A stretch of DNA of 64,000 nucleotides from an uncultured archaeon (GCA_963799775.1 CAWCYD010000003.1:1856001-1920000), one strand, 5' to 3'; counted from the first letter of the stretch, positions 37,211 to 47,207 are shown. The notes: generated by a model not told the origin, from the letters alone. Numbers and translations: made by a program.

Positions 37211-38194
37211 CTAGAACCAGCCGACGCGCTTGAAATACAACACCATCAGGACGGCGGGGACGACCATCGCTAGGAATATGAGCGCCATTGACGTGTAAGG
37301 CCCGATGAACCCCGTCGGCCCTGTCACAGAGCCTCCAGGAAGGGGCACGTTCATTCCATAGATGGAGCTTATCACGGTCGCTGGAATTGTGAGGGTAAAG
37401 ATGATTGTCAGGATCGCGAGCACGGTGTTCGTTCGGTTGCTGCTGGTGACGAAGTCGGTGTCCTTGTATATCTCTACCATCTCCTTCATCTCTTCAATCG
37501 TCGCGGAGACCCTCCCGATCTTGTGGCGGATGTCGCTGAAGTAGATCGAAAGGTCTTCCGTGCTGAACTTCTGCGCCTTGACCACGTCGGGCAGATACAA
37601 TTGCAGGGGATACACGACCCTTCTTAGGATAGCAATCTGGCGGCGGGCGTCGTTTATCTCGCTGGCCGACGATTTCACCTCGTCGAAGACGATGGCCGCG
37701 ACATTGTCAAGACTGGCCTGCACGTCGTCCAAAATCGAGAAGAGGCTGTCGATTGACCTGTCGATTATCAGGTACGCCAGGTAGGCTGAGGACTGCATGA
37801 GCGAGTCCCGCTCCTTTTCGTCGTCTCTGCACGAATGGAAGAGAGCCGAGACTGTCTCGAAGCTGGACGGATGGATGGTCACCAGGAAATCCTTCCCCAG
37901 GAACATCGAGACCTGCCTGGAGACGATTTGTTGGCCTGCCTGGTCAGGGAATTGGAAGGAGATGAAGAGGTGATCTCCGTGGTCTTCCACCTTCGTCAGC
38001 GGTCTCGTCGACAGACAGTTTTCTAGGTCTAAGGGGTGAAAATGATAGACACGCGCGAGCATCGCCGTCTCGGTTGAGGTAGGGTCAAGGATGTCCATCC
38101 AAGTCATCCTCCCGTTGTCGACGGACGCGACCTTTCCGTTTTCGATGTCGCTTCCCGCTCCCGGTCCGGGGGAAGGGCTTGTCATAGGATTCAT
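37211..38194 (-). CDS. corA: CorA-family Mg2+/Co2+ transporter
   Basis: FHPLDLE, YGMNV motif, two C-terminal TM helices. Confidence 0.92.
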   Translation of the reverse strand: MNPMTSPSPGPGAGSDIENGKVASVDNGRMTWMDILDPTSTETAMLARVYHFHPLDLENCLSTRPLTKVEDHGDHLFISFQFPDQAGQQIVSRQVSMFLGKDFLVTIHPSSFETVSALFHSCRDDEKERDSLMQSSAYLAYLIIDRSIDSLFSILDDVQASLDNVAAIVFDEVKSSASEINDARRQIAILRRVVYPLQLYLPDVVKAQKFSTEDLSIYFSDIRHKIGRVSATIEEMKEMVEIYKDTDFVTSSNRTNTVLAILTIIFTLTIPATVISSIYGMNVPLPGGSVTGPTGFIGPYTSMALIFLAMVVPAVLMVLYFKRVGWF

Positions 38195-38346
38195 TGGCCA
38201 CCCTTCGGTATAATTGGCTTGTGAGTGAAGCTCCCGGCGGAGGCGCAATGAACCCTATGCCCGGCGATTGCCCGCAATTTCACGACAGACTCCCGGTTGT
38301 TTGTTTTATATCGAGATGGGGGAGCTAATACCGGCCTCTCACTTCC

Positions 38347-38622
38347 TTGCCCACTCAGTACACCAAGCATGCACTCTTCAGAATGAAGGTCAGGCGTGTG
38401 AGCAAGAGAATGGTCGGAAAGACAATCAGGCAGCCCGAATCAAGATACCAAGACCTAGAATCGGGCACGACGGTCGCGGTGAGGAAGTTTGCTCAAAGAT
38501 ACCTGGTGGTGTTCTTCACCGAAGGGAAAGACACACGGATAGTGACAGTCTACCACGCGTCAGACGTTGGCAGCCTTATTAGTAGGAAACAGCGAAGAGG
38601 AGCTTGGGTCGAAAAGAAATGA
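38347..38622 (+). CDS. DUF4258-like putative toxin
   Basis: YTKHALFRM..R..IVTVY. Confidence 0.7.
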   Translation: MPTQYTKHALFRMKVRRVSKRMVGKTIRQPESRYQDLESGTTVAVRKFAQRYLVVFFTEGKDTRIVTVYHASDVGSLISRKQRRGAWVEKK

Positions 38623-38813
38623 AGCTCGACTACGATGCAGAAGATGACGTCCTCTATTTTCACTTTAGGGACGGCCCAGCAGAAAGCGTGAAAGAGGTCG
38701 AGGATAACGTGATGGTCGAGCTGGATGATGACGGAGAGGTAATGGGGATCGAGGTCTGGGGCGCCAAAAAGAAGGGAGTCCTCAGACAGCTGACCAATGC
38801 CGTTTCACACTGA
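38619..38813 (+). CDS. DUF2283-like putative antitoxin
   Basis: YDAEDDVLY..GEVMGIEV. Confidence 0.8.
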   Translation: MKLDYDAEDDVLYFHFRDGPAESVKEVEDNVMVELDDDGEVMGIEVWGAKKKGVLRQLTNAVSH

Positions 38814-38978
38814 CTGTTGGGAACCAATCGGGATTCGGCGGCCAGTTCATCCCGTCCACTACCTATAGCTCAACGTGCGAATGAAATGCCCCGGAAGGCG
38901 CAATGAACCCTGTGCATGGCGAAGTCCCTGCATTTCTTCACAAACCCAGCGAAGCTGCTGGATAGCCAAACACCCTGC

Positions 38979-39458
38979 TCAAAGTATTCCATGAGCCGGT
39001 GTTTCAGGAGAAGGCGATGCCTGTTCAAGAATCGCCTTGAGGCGGAGCAGCGATTTCGCGGCCGCCCCACGCATCGACCGCGTCAACAGCGGCGTTGCGA
39101 CATTGGCCAGGGCGCCCGGTTCGCCCCAATTACGCAGCGTCATCCTTGTCCCCTTATCGCCATCCACGCTCTCCCAAGCGTAGGTCGTCACCCACCGCGT
39201 CCTCCCTTCCGGCGTCTGCATCACAAGGCGCTCGCCTGGGACGAACTCGGTGAAATCGTAAGCGTAGACGAGATTCCTTCCCAAGAATCGTGCGCGGAAC
39301 TCAACGCGCGATCCCATCCGCACAGGAGGCGGCGTCTTTAGCTCCGCCGACTTGATGTTCGTCTGCCACGAAGGCACATTCAGCGGGTCGGCGGCGTAGG
39401 CAGCGACCATGCCGCGAGGACGACTAATCACGATCTCACTGAGCACATCTACAACCAT
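38979..39458 (-). CDS. SRPBCC family protein
   Basis: I.RP...V..YAADP.N.P.W. Confidence 0.8.
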   Translation of the reverse strand: MVVDVLSEIVISRPRGMVAAYAADPLNVPSWQTNIKSAELKTPPPVRMGSRVEFRARFLGRNLVYAYDFTEFVPGERLVMQTPEGRTRWVTTYAWESVDGDKGTRMTLRNWGEPGALANVATPLLTRSMRGAAAKSLLRLKAILEQASPSPETPAHGIL

Positions 39459-39460
39459 GC

Positions 39461-39925
39461 TCACTTCGCCGTCTTCTGGCCCATGCCTTCTGAGCGCTTG
39501 TCCTTCTCGCCCGCGAGGATGCCCGTAAGGTTTCCGACGTAGAAGGCCCAGCCCTTGGAGTGCTGGTCCACCTCCGAACCCGGTCCTCCTTTGAACCCGC
39601 TGTGGACGAGCTTCAGCTCCGTGCCCGTGCCTCTCGGGGTGAGAGTCCACGTCACGAGCGTCTCCCCTTCGGGGAGGCTGAAGGTGTAGGCCACCTTGCG
39701 GCCGGGAACAAGCTCGCGGAAAACCCCTTCGCGGAGATGTTCCTCATCGTCGCGCCTCTCGAGCGCTTCGAACCAGAAGCGGATCTTACCACCGACGCGA
39801 ACGTCAGCCTCGACCCTCGACGGGAACCAGCGTTCCAGCATCCGCGCATCGGTGAGAGCCTGATAGACTCGCTCGGGCGGAGCGGATAGCACTCTTGTCA
39901 ACTCTACGCTGTTCTCGGATGCCAT
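39461..39925 (-). CDS. SRPBCC/AHSA1 domain protein
   Basis: APPERVYQALTD..L.RWF, GTELKLVH, GW. Confidence 0.85.
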   Translation of the reverse strand: MASENSVELTRVLSAPPERVYQALTDARMLERWFPSRVEADVRVGGKIRFWFEALERRDDEEHLREGVFRELVPGRKVAYTFSLPEGETLVTWTLTPRGTGTELKLVHSGFKGGPGSEVDQHSKGWAFYVGNLTGILAGEKDKRSEGMGQKTAK

Positions 39926-39931
39926 CAGCTG

Positions 39932-40276
39932 TCACCTGTCCGACCCTTCTGCCAGCAGCTCCTCGAGGGCGTCGAAGCCCTCCGTCCAAAACGCTCGGTA
40001 GCGGGCCATCCAAACACTCGCTTCGAGCATAGGCTTCGCCACAAGGCGCACATGCACCTCGCGCCCAGTCCTCTGCCGAGACACGAGCCCGGCTCGCTCA
40101 AGGACGTTCACATGCTTTGTTACGGCCGGGATCGAAACGTCGAACGGGTCCGCCAGCACGCTCATCGTCGCCTCGCTCTGCCGAAGTCGTTCTAGGATTG
40201 CCCTGCGCGTGGGGTCGGAAAGCGCTGCGAAACACGCATCGAGACGCCGAGATTGCTGAACCATCTGGTTATGCAT
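39932..40276 (-). CDS. ArsR-family transcriptional regulator
   Basis: FAALSDPTRRAIL..KH..VLERAGLV. Confidence 0.9.
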   Translation of the reverse strand: MHNQMVQQSRRLDACFAALSDPTRRAILERLRQSEATMSVLADPFDVSIPAVTKHVNVLERAGLVSRQRTGREVHVRLVAKPMLEASVWMARYRAFWTEGFDALEELLAEGSDR

Positions 40277-40427
40277 AGTCTTGTCCGATACTTAACCATT
40301 AGGTTTGCAATTGAGAACGCCAACATGTGAGTGAAACGCCGGCGGAGGCGCAATGAACCCCGAGAAGGGCAAGCAGGCAGCAAGGCTTTAAATGACCGCT
40401 TTCCCATTCATCAAATGGGAATAACTC

Positions 40428-40667
40428 TTGGAGACTGTGGTCGATGAGCGGGGAAGGGTTCTCATCCCTCAAGAACTGAGGGAAGAGGCGGGTCTTGAAG
40501 AGGGCACGGTCGTAACGGTGGAGAAGGGCAAGGGGAAGACAATCCATATCGCTCCTTTGAAGCGAGGCACGCGTCTCGCGTGGAAGGACCTCGACGGCAT
40601 CAAACCGCACAGGACGGGCAAGCCCGAATGGCCGACGCCAGAAGAGATCAAGAGCATCTGGGAATAG
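40428..40667 (+). CDS. AbrB/MazE-type antitoxin
   Basis: VDERGRVLIPQELRE..GL..G. Confidence 0.85.
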   Translation: METVVDERGRVLIPQELREEAGLEEGTVVTVEKGKGKTIHIAPLKRGTRLAWKDLDGIKPHRTGKPEWPTPEEIKSIWE

Positions 40668-41065
40668 ACACCAACGTCTTGGTCGCGTACCTCGACGCCG
40701 GGCATCCCTCGCACAAAGAGACCGCGTTCCTGGCCAAGAGAGGAGTGGCCCTCAACCCCACGGTGATACATGAGGCCTATCACACCCTTGTGTTCAAGAT
40801 GAAATGGGCCGCGGAGGAAGCCTCAAGCACGCTCATCGCCGCTTGTACGGACGAGGACAACATCTTCATCAATCAAACCCTCAGGACGGTCCGCGCAGGA
40901 TTGAAGGTCGGGGCCGAGCACCTTGAGCTTGGTGGGAGGGATGCGTTGATTCTCGGAAACCTTCTTGTTGGAAAGGTCGGCGAACTCGTCACATACGACA
41001 AGGAACTTCTCGCACTCGGAAGGGTCAGGTTCGGCAGGTCTGCCATCTCGATCCGGCGACCCTAG
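40628..41065 (+). CDS. vapC: PIN-domain toxin
   Basis: IDTNVL, RDALI, LVTYD. Confidence 0.85.
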   Translation: MADARRDQEHLGIDTNVLVAYLDAGHPSHKETAFLAKRGVALNPTVIHEAYHTLVFKMKWAAEEASSTLIAACTDEDNIFINQTLRTVRAGLKVGAEHLELGGRDALILGNLLVGKVGELVTYDKELLALGRVRFGRSAISIRRP

Positions 41066-41071
41066 GCGCGA

Positions 41072-41150
41072 AGTTCAGCCCGTCCACTACCTATAGCTCA
41101 GCATGTGAGTGAAATGCCCCGGCGGAGGCGCAATGAACCCTATACTCGGC
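41072..41150 (+). repeat. Long repeat copy (23S 3' end + BHB half)
   Basis: AGTTCAGCCCGTCCACTACCTATAGCTCA..GGCGCAATGAACCC. Confidence 0.95.
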
Positions 41151-41230
41151 AGTTGCCCGCATCTTCTTGAGAGCTAGCGAAACTTGCGTTCGGACAAATC
41201 CTTAACAGAACGGAGAAGGGTTTGACATCG

Positions 41231-41767
41231 ATGAAAGCGACTACCGTCGCCCTGGCGGTCTTCGTAGTCTTGACCGCAGTCTTCGCGTCTTTGACTGTCA
41301 ACGAATACTCTCAGAACTCCTCATTCAGTTCAACCAGGTCGATGACGACTAGCACCGTGACAACCACAGTCACGAGCACGATTCTGACTTCGGGAAACGC
41401 TGGCGCCAGCACGACCACCTCCTGCACTGCGACGGGCGGAATCGGATGCCCTCACTTCATGAACAACAATTGGACGATCTCTGTGAGCTACACGGGTCCT
41501 TGGGGTGTTACCTATCAGGGCTGGCTGGGAGACCAGACCTCTGGTCAGCTCGTCGTCTCTGGAAGCTTCTATGGAAATACAACGGCCAGTAAGACGATCA
41601 ACGTTTCTGGAACGACTGACTACGGCATCACTGTATGCGCGGAGGCTCAGAAGCTGGACTCGTCGACGTCTACCCTGACTGTCAGTATCCTGCCTCCGAA
41701 TGTATCGAATGAGACTTCGGCGGCTTACGGGACGGCGAGAACCTGCATCGCCGATGTGATAATGTAG
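41231..41767 (+). CDS. Secreted Thr-rich surface protein
   Basis: Signal anchor, Thr-rich linker, Cys pairs. Confidence 0.65.
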   Translation: MKATTVALAVFVVLTAVFASLTVNEYSQNSSFSSTRSMTTSTVTTTVTSTILTSGNAGASTTTSCTATGGIGCPHFMNNNWTISVSYTGPWGVTYQGWLGDQTSGQLVVSGSFYGNTTASKTINVSGTTDYGITVCAEAQKLDSSTSTLTVSILPPNVSNETSAAYGTARTCIADVIM

Positions 41768-41861
41768 CTAGCCACTTGTTTGAACTCGTCCACTACCTAT
41801 ACCTCAACGTGCGAGTGAAATGCCCGGGCGGAGGCGCAATGAACCCTTATGCATGGCGACA

Positions 41862-42800
41862 ATGCCCTTGCATATTTCGCGATTGACAAGAAACGCGGGG
41901 AAAGACTGGGCCACTCGCGTCTATCAGACGAACGCCAGTATCTATCAATCAATCCTCGAGGCGGGCCTGAAGACAGCACCCGGCGAAGTCAAAGGAATGG
42001 CGAAGCTGTTCAAGCGTAACGGCGTCGCAGACGGAAGTAACATCCTGGATGTTGCTTGCGGAATAGGGAGACATTCGGTCTACTTGGCGAAGGCCGGCTA
42101 CAAAGTGACTGGAGTCGATCCATCCTTGACGTTTCTCGCGCGTGCAGGAGAGCTAGCCAAAGAGGAAGGAGTCTCTGAACGCGCACACTTCTACCGCGGC
42201 AAGTTCTCGAATCTCCTGCAGGTTCTGTCCCGATCAGGTCCCAAGAAATTCAGGGGGATCGTCTTGATGGACTATTCGGTCGGGGTTACGGGGCGCGAGG
42301 AAGACGATCTAAAGCTCTTCAAGGATTTGACCGTAGTCGCAACGAAGGGCGCAGTCCTAATCGTGGAGATATTCGACAGAGACTGGTTCACGAAGCATGC
42401 TGGCTCTTCATTGACAGAGGAGTTCCCTGACAATTTGGTTCGTACCTGGAAGAGACTCTCCGCTCCGGGAAGTCCGGTCTTGGAGGCGGATTGGGCCTTC
42501 TACAGGAAAAGAGCTGGTCAAACCCCGAAACATCTTTTCACGACGAAAGTGCGCACGCGTCATTATTCTGTGGCGGAGCTCAGACGGATGGTGGGAAAAG
42601 CTGGCTGGAAATACTCGGCATGCTATGGTAGCCTTGACGACCTTCATGCATTCACGGAGAACGACTTCAAAGCATTCTTGGTATTGACTCTTGATTTCTT
42701 GCAGTCGCCCCCCCGGCTGAGGCGCAACGAACCCCTCATGCACGGCGAGACTTTTTCCTCAAAGAAATCCATAATGCCATCCGCATGGGTAAATTATTAA
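41862..42800 (+). CDS. Class I SAM-dependent methyltransferase
   Basis: ILDVACGIGRHS..VTGVD; the frame runs through the next repeat; start uncertain. Confidence 0.85.
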   Translation: MPLHISRLTRNAGKDWATRVYQTNASIYQSILEAGLKTAPGEVKGMAKLFKRNGVADGSNILDVACGIGRHSVYLAKAGYKVTGVDPSLTFLARAGELAKEEGVSERAHFYRGKFSNLLQVLSRSGPKKFRGIVLMDYSVGVTGREEDDLKLFKDLTVVATKGAVLIVEIFDRDWFTKHAGSSLTEEFPDNLVRTWKRLSAPGSPVLEADWAFYRKRAGQTPKHLFTTKVRTRHYSVAELRRMVGKAGWKYSACYGSLDDLHAFTENDFKAFLVLTLDFLQSPPRLRRNEPLMHGETFSSKKSIMPSAWVNY

Positions 42801-42824
42801 ATACGAGGGTCAGTTTTTGAAATC

Positions 42825-43070
42825 ATGGGTTTGGAAGTAGCAGAGGTAGACGAAAGGTATAGGATCACGATTCCGAAAGAGATCAGGACCACGTTCAAGG
42901 TGGTCAAGGGTCAAAGGTTCTTCATCGTCCGCTACGGAGACGACCTTCTGCTGAAGCCCATACCCTCCGACCCTGCGGAGAAGCTCGACCGCCTCGTGGG
43001 CGATTTTGAATTTGGAAGAGAGTCCCGGAGAAGAGCCGAGAAATGGCTTCTGAAGCAGGACAGAAAGTAG
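42825..43070 (+). CDS. AbrB/MazE-type antitoxin
   Basis: VDERYRITIPKEIR. Confidence 0.85.
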   Translation: MGLEVAEVDERYRITIPKEIRTTFKVVKGQRFFIVRYGDDLLLKPIPSDPAEKLDRLVGDFEFGRESRRRAEKWLLKQDRK

Positions 43071-43453
43071 CCGTAGAATCCGACTTCCTCTTCGGGCTGA
43101 GAAAATCAGACGTGAGGCACGCCAATGTCGTCGCCGCTCTCGAGAAGCACAAGGAAGGAAGCCTCGTCATCATCGTGCTCCCGTCCGCGGTGCTTGAAGC
43201 GCGGGCCGTCTTGTATTCCAGGGGCGTGAAGAGCAAGGACGTGGAAGACGCATTCTCGCTGATGGCGGCCCTCTTGGCTGAGTACGGCGTCGCCGGGTCC
43301 ACAGGCCTGAGCCTCAGCGACGTCGTCGTCGCAGAAAGGATGCGGGGCGACATGCCGAGCCTGACCTTCTTCGATTCACTCCACGCGGCGACCTCCAAAA
43401 GGCTCGGGATGACCCTGCTCTCGAGCGAGGGTCCTACGAGCGACTGGGACTAG
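43043..43453 (+). CDS. vapC: PIN-domain toxin
   Basis: VESDFL, LTFFDSLHAA. Confidence 0.8.
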   Translation: MASEAGQKVAVESDFLFGLRKSDVRHANVVAALEKHKEGSLVIIVLPSAVLEARAVLYSRGVKSKDVEDAFSLMAALLAEYGVAGSTGLSLSDVVVAERMRGDMPSLTFFDSLHAATSKRLGMTLLSSEGPTSDWD

Positions 43454-43580
43454 CTGTCATAGACCTGGACAAGCTGAAGAAATAGCGACGCCACCGGCGG
43501 GAGGCGCAAGGAACCCTAACATGAGTTCAGCTTATATAGCTTTATATACTCTATATATCTAATACAGAACTGAAATAGAT

Positions 43581-44099
43581 ATGTCCACTACATTGACATC
43601 ACAAACCTATCCGACTACCATCCTCGCATCAATCCAACCATCGATGCTCGGCCAAGTTACTAAGCAGCTGACGAGCGTCCAAGGAATCACCTTCTTTGCA
43701 CCAACGACCGGCAGGTTCGACCTAGCCATTGAGCTGAAGGCTATGGCGCCGAACCAAGTCCAGGAAGTTGTTGACAAGATCCGATCCATGAACGGAGTGA
43801 CAGCGACAAGGACCTATACCCCAATGGCAGGCAGCGCAACCAGCAAGACCGTTCAGGCATCTGACTCTCTTGCGTTAGTCCTGTTGCAAGTCAACCAGCA
43901 GGCGCAGAAGGTTCTCCAATCGCTGAAGCAGGATTCGCACGTCCGCAACGCGTATGCGGTATCTGGCGAATTCGACGTCCTCGCAACTGTCTTCGGGAAG
44001 AACACCGACGAAGTCTTCTCGACGGTGACGAAGATCGGCGAAATCGACGGCGTTCGGACATCCGAGACGCTTGTTGCCTACAGGCCCACCTGGGCCTAG
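43581..44099 (+). CDS. Tandem Lrp/AsnC ligand-binding domain protein
   Basis: TGRFDL..GV.AT.T and SGEFDV..IDGV.TSET repeats. Confidence 0.8.
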   Translation: MSTTLTSQTYPTTILASIQPSMLGQVTKQLTSVQGITFFAPTTGRFDLAIELKAMAPNQVQEVVDKIRSMNGVTATRTYTPMAGSATSKTVQASDSLALVLLQVNQQAQKVLQSLKQDSHVRNAYAVSGEFDVLATVFGKNTDEVFSTVTKIGEIDGVRTSETLVAYRPTWA

Positions 44100-44407
44100 G
44101 CGACTGTTTTTCTTTACAAGACTAAACCTGTCATTCTACCGCTGCTGAGCGAGGGCCACCCCCTTTCTCCAGTCCTCTGCTCGAGCAGGCCTCTTCCAAA
44201 GTCGTCCGTCGATTTCTCAATGGGGAATCACCCGCAGCTCGATGTCTGAATGGGAATGCCCCGGCGGAGGCACAACGGACCCTATGCATGGCGATTGCCC
44301 GCATTTTCAGCGACTCAGCGGGAACTGGAACTATCGACCGAACTGCGTAAGAAGGGCGAGAGCTGCGTTGAAAATACCACGAACACACATGGCCAAAGCA
44401 GGTTGAG

Positions 44408-44677
44408 GTGTCCTTGAAGGTCGAGGGATTCCTAAGGCTGACTGGGTTCGTCGAATTGCTAGTCGGGGTGCTCCTTTTAGAGTACGGAAATGCCCTCTTG
44501 ACAGTTCATCAGTGCCCTGCGGTGCCGCGCTATTGTGGTCCCCTCCCCGATCCCGGTCTTTACAACACCGTCGGCTTGGTACTTGTCGTCTTAGGGTTAA
44601 TCCAGATTGCAGCTAGCTTCTACATAGCCCGTACTCATTCACCGACACAGCACGCGGTGGCAAACCCGCCTATCTAG
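44408..44677 (+). CDS. Small two-TM membrane protein
   Basis: Two hydrophobic helices with a Cys pair between them. Confidence 0.5.
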   Translation: MSLKVEGFLRLTGFVELLVGVLLLEYGNALLTVHQCPAVPRYCGPLPDPGLYNTVGLVLVVLGLIQIAASFYIARTHSPTQHAVANPPI

Positions 44678-44778
44678 CCACGTACTTGGAAATATCCCCC
44701 AGCGGAGGCGCAACGAACCCTCATGCGTGGCCAGAACCGCCCTATTGCAATCGGACTGTTGTCAGGGTCGCGAGACCG

Positions 44779-45336
44779 TCAGTAGACCATGAGCCCTTTT
44801 TCTTCGAGCATCACGTGCAGGTTGTTCACGGACCTGTAGACGTCGGCCTCCCTCTTCGCTCCAGTGCAGACGAGCTTCCCAGAGGCGAAGAGGAGTATCA
44901 CGGTCTTGGGGTCGGCCATCCTGTGTATCAGGCCGGGGAACTGCTCGGGTTCGTACATTGACTTCGGCAGCGTCCTGGCCGCCTCCTCTAGGTGGACCTT
45001 CCCGCCGAGGTTCGCCGATGCGACCATGTTCTGTATCGTTATCTCCGCCTCGTTCTTGATGGAGATGCCGCCCTTCTTCAGCCTCCTGACGACCTCGTGC
45101 ACGGCCTCCCTTGACTGCTTCTCAGACTTCGCGCCGGTGCAGACCATCTTCCCCGAGCTGAAGATCAGGGTGGCCGTCTTCGGGCTTTTCAGTCTGAAGA
45201 CCAGCCCAGGGAACTGGTCGGGGTGGTACTCCACGTCGACGAACTTCTTGGTTATCTCGTTCAGGTCGACCCTCTGGTTTATCGAGGCAGAAGCGACGAC
45301 GTTCTCGATGCTGATTATCGCCTTTGTTTGGGGCAT
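44779..45336 (-). CDS. tbp: TATA-box binding protein
   Basis: Two repeats of NxVAS..YxPxQFPGL..LxFxSGKxVCTGAK. Confidence 0.97.
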   Translation of the reverse strand: MPQTKAIISIENVVASASINQRVDLNEITKKFVDVEYHPDQFPGLVFRLKSPKTATLIFSSGKMVCTGAKSEKQSREAVHEVVRRLKKGGISIKNEAEITIQNMVASANLGGKVHLEEAARTLPKSMYEPEQFPGLIHRMADPKTVILLFASGKLVCTGAKREADVYRSVNNLHVMLEEKGLMVY

Positions 45337-45765
45337 GCGCAGACGCGCAAGGCTCGGCACTATATATAGTATATATATCGAGCCTGGACGGTCTCGATGA
45401 CCTGTCGGTTTCATCTCTTGGGGCGGGAAAAGGCATAACTACGGCGTCCTCGTCTGGCTTCCGAGGTTGTCAGACAGCGCGTCAGAAGAAGAGAACCTGA
45501 GGAAGCTATACGACCAGGCGCGCGTGCAAGGAAACAAGAAGAAGAAAAAGGAATACAAGGAAAAGCTCGCCGAACTGAACCGACGCAAAAAGTCAGAGCA
45601 GCGAGAGAGCAACAGATCGAAAGGCTAGGTTTCCTGCGATAGCGGCGCCAAGAGATGCCCCAGGCGGAGGCGCGATGAATCCCTACGCCCGGTAGCTCCG
45701 CATCAACGATTCTTGCGGCCTTATAAGGCGCCGCGCCTACAGCCAGCTCGAAGGCCACACCATAC

Positions 45766-45993
45766 TTGAGGAAAGCGTTCGTCCTGGTAAACAGCGACGT
45801 AGGCTCGGAGACGGAGCTGCAGTCAGAACTGAAGAGGCTCGAAGGCGTCACCGCAGTCTATCAGGTCTACGGACTTTTCGATCTGATCGTCGAAGTGGAA
45901 GCCGAGTCCGACCGGAAGCTCAAGGAGATCGTCTTCTCGAAGATTCGTCCGCTCAAATACGTGAAGTCCACGATCACGCTCGCCGCCGTCTGA
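45766..45993 (+). CDS. Lrp/AsnC ligand-binding domain protein
   Basis: AFVLVN..VYGLFDLI..VKST.TL. Confidence 0.85.
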   Translation: MRKAFVLVNSDVGSETELQSELKRLEGVTAVYQVYGLFDLIVEVEAESDRKLKEIVFSKIRPLKYVKSTITLAAV

Positions 45994-46249
45994 CGCAGAC
46001 GGCGACACCGCAGCCGATGGGAAGGTTTGAGAAGCGGCGCATCTGCCCGAGAGCGTCGGAGAGAGATGCCGAAGAAGAGGGCGAAGCGGAAAGAGGCCGA
46101 GATAGTCGACTCCTTCGAGAGCTGGCTCGAGAAGCAGCCCGCGAAACCAGCCCTGGCGAAGCACGGCTTCATAGCCGATGCGAAGATCGAAGGAAGCCCG
46201 TGAGGCGCAATGAACCCTTATGCGCGGCCGAACCAGGAGCATCCCCTCG

Positions 46250-46762
46250 TTGATTCGGGACGTCAGGCCCTCCGACTTTAGGGACATCGCCTCTACCTAC
46301 TCCGGTTTCTTCCTTGAGGCTGAAGAGGACCCTTCATTCGGGCTCATCCTCTACAAGAAAAAGCCAAGCCTAGCGAAGAACCGCAAGTGGTTCGACAATT
46401 CGCTCAAGAGTCTCAGGAAAGGAGACTTGGTGTTTCTCGTCGCAGTCAGGAACGCACGGGTCGTGGGGTGGTGCGAGGTCCGCAGGGTTTCTCCCGGGAC
46501 GGAGATGGACCACCGGGGAGTCCTTGGAATCTGCGTGAAGAAGGAGTTCAGGGGGATGGGCCTGGGGAGGCGATTGATGGAGGCCGCCCTCAACAAGTCC
46601 AAGGGGAAGTTCGAGATAGTGGAACTTGACGTGTTCTCGGTGAACAAGAGGGCGATCAAGCTCTACAAGGAGTTCGGCTTCAAGGAGCTCGGATCGCGAC
46701 GCGCTACCGTGAAGAGGCAAGGAAAATACTACGACATCTTGATCATGGATCTCAGGCCGTAG
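46250..46762 (+). CDS. GNAT acetyltransferase
   Basis: FRGMGLGRRLM, N.RAIKLYKEFGF. Confidence 0.88.
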   Translation: MIRDVRPSDFRDIASTYSGFFLEAEEDPSFGLILYKKKPSLAKNRKWFDNSLKSLRKGDLVFLVAVRNARVVGWCEVRRVSPGTEMDHRGVLGICVKKEFRGMGLGRRLMEAALNKSKGKFEIVELDVFSVNKRAIKLYKEFGFKELGSRRATVKRQGKYYDILIMDLRP

Positions 46763-46790
46763 GCGCCCCGGCGTAGGCGCGATGAGCCCC

Positions 46791-47207
46791 TCATGCTTGG
46801 CTCAGTCCGGCAACTTCCTTGGTCGTCCAGACCGTCACCTTGTGCGCACGCTTGAGGTCTTTGTCATCGCTCCAAATCCCATCACATCTCGCGCTCATGC
46901 AGGCCGCCACGAAAGGGACGTCACCCGCATCTATCGAAGGCATCACCGCCTCGGCGTCCTTCATCTTCGAGGCTACCTTGGCCGCGGGAATCACCTCCAC
47001 TTTGACCAGGAGAGCGTCAAGGACGGAGCCGATCTCTTTCTCAGTGAGCCCTGACTTGCTGGCGACCACATCCAGGTGCTTCTTGGTCTCTTCGATCTCA
47101 TATTCGGGGACGACGAACTCGTGCGCAGACCGAAGAAGCATCCCCCTGACGACCGAGTCTTTGATCAGAGCTTTGAGTATGACGTTGGTGTCGACGACAA
47201 GCCTCAA
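46791..47207 (-). CDS. vapC: PIN-domain toxin
   Basis: [21 protein letters not shown]. Confidence 0.88.
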   Translation of the reverse strand: MRLVVDTNVILKALIKDSVVRGMLLRSAHEFVVPEYEIEETKKHLDVVASKSGLTEKEIGSVLDALLVKVEVIPAAKVASKMKDAEAVMPSIDAGDVPFVAACMSARCDGIWSDDKDLKRAHKVTVWTTKEVAGLSQA

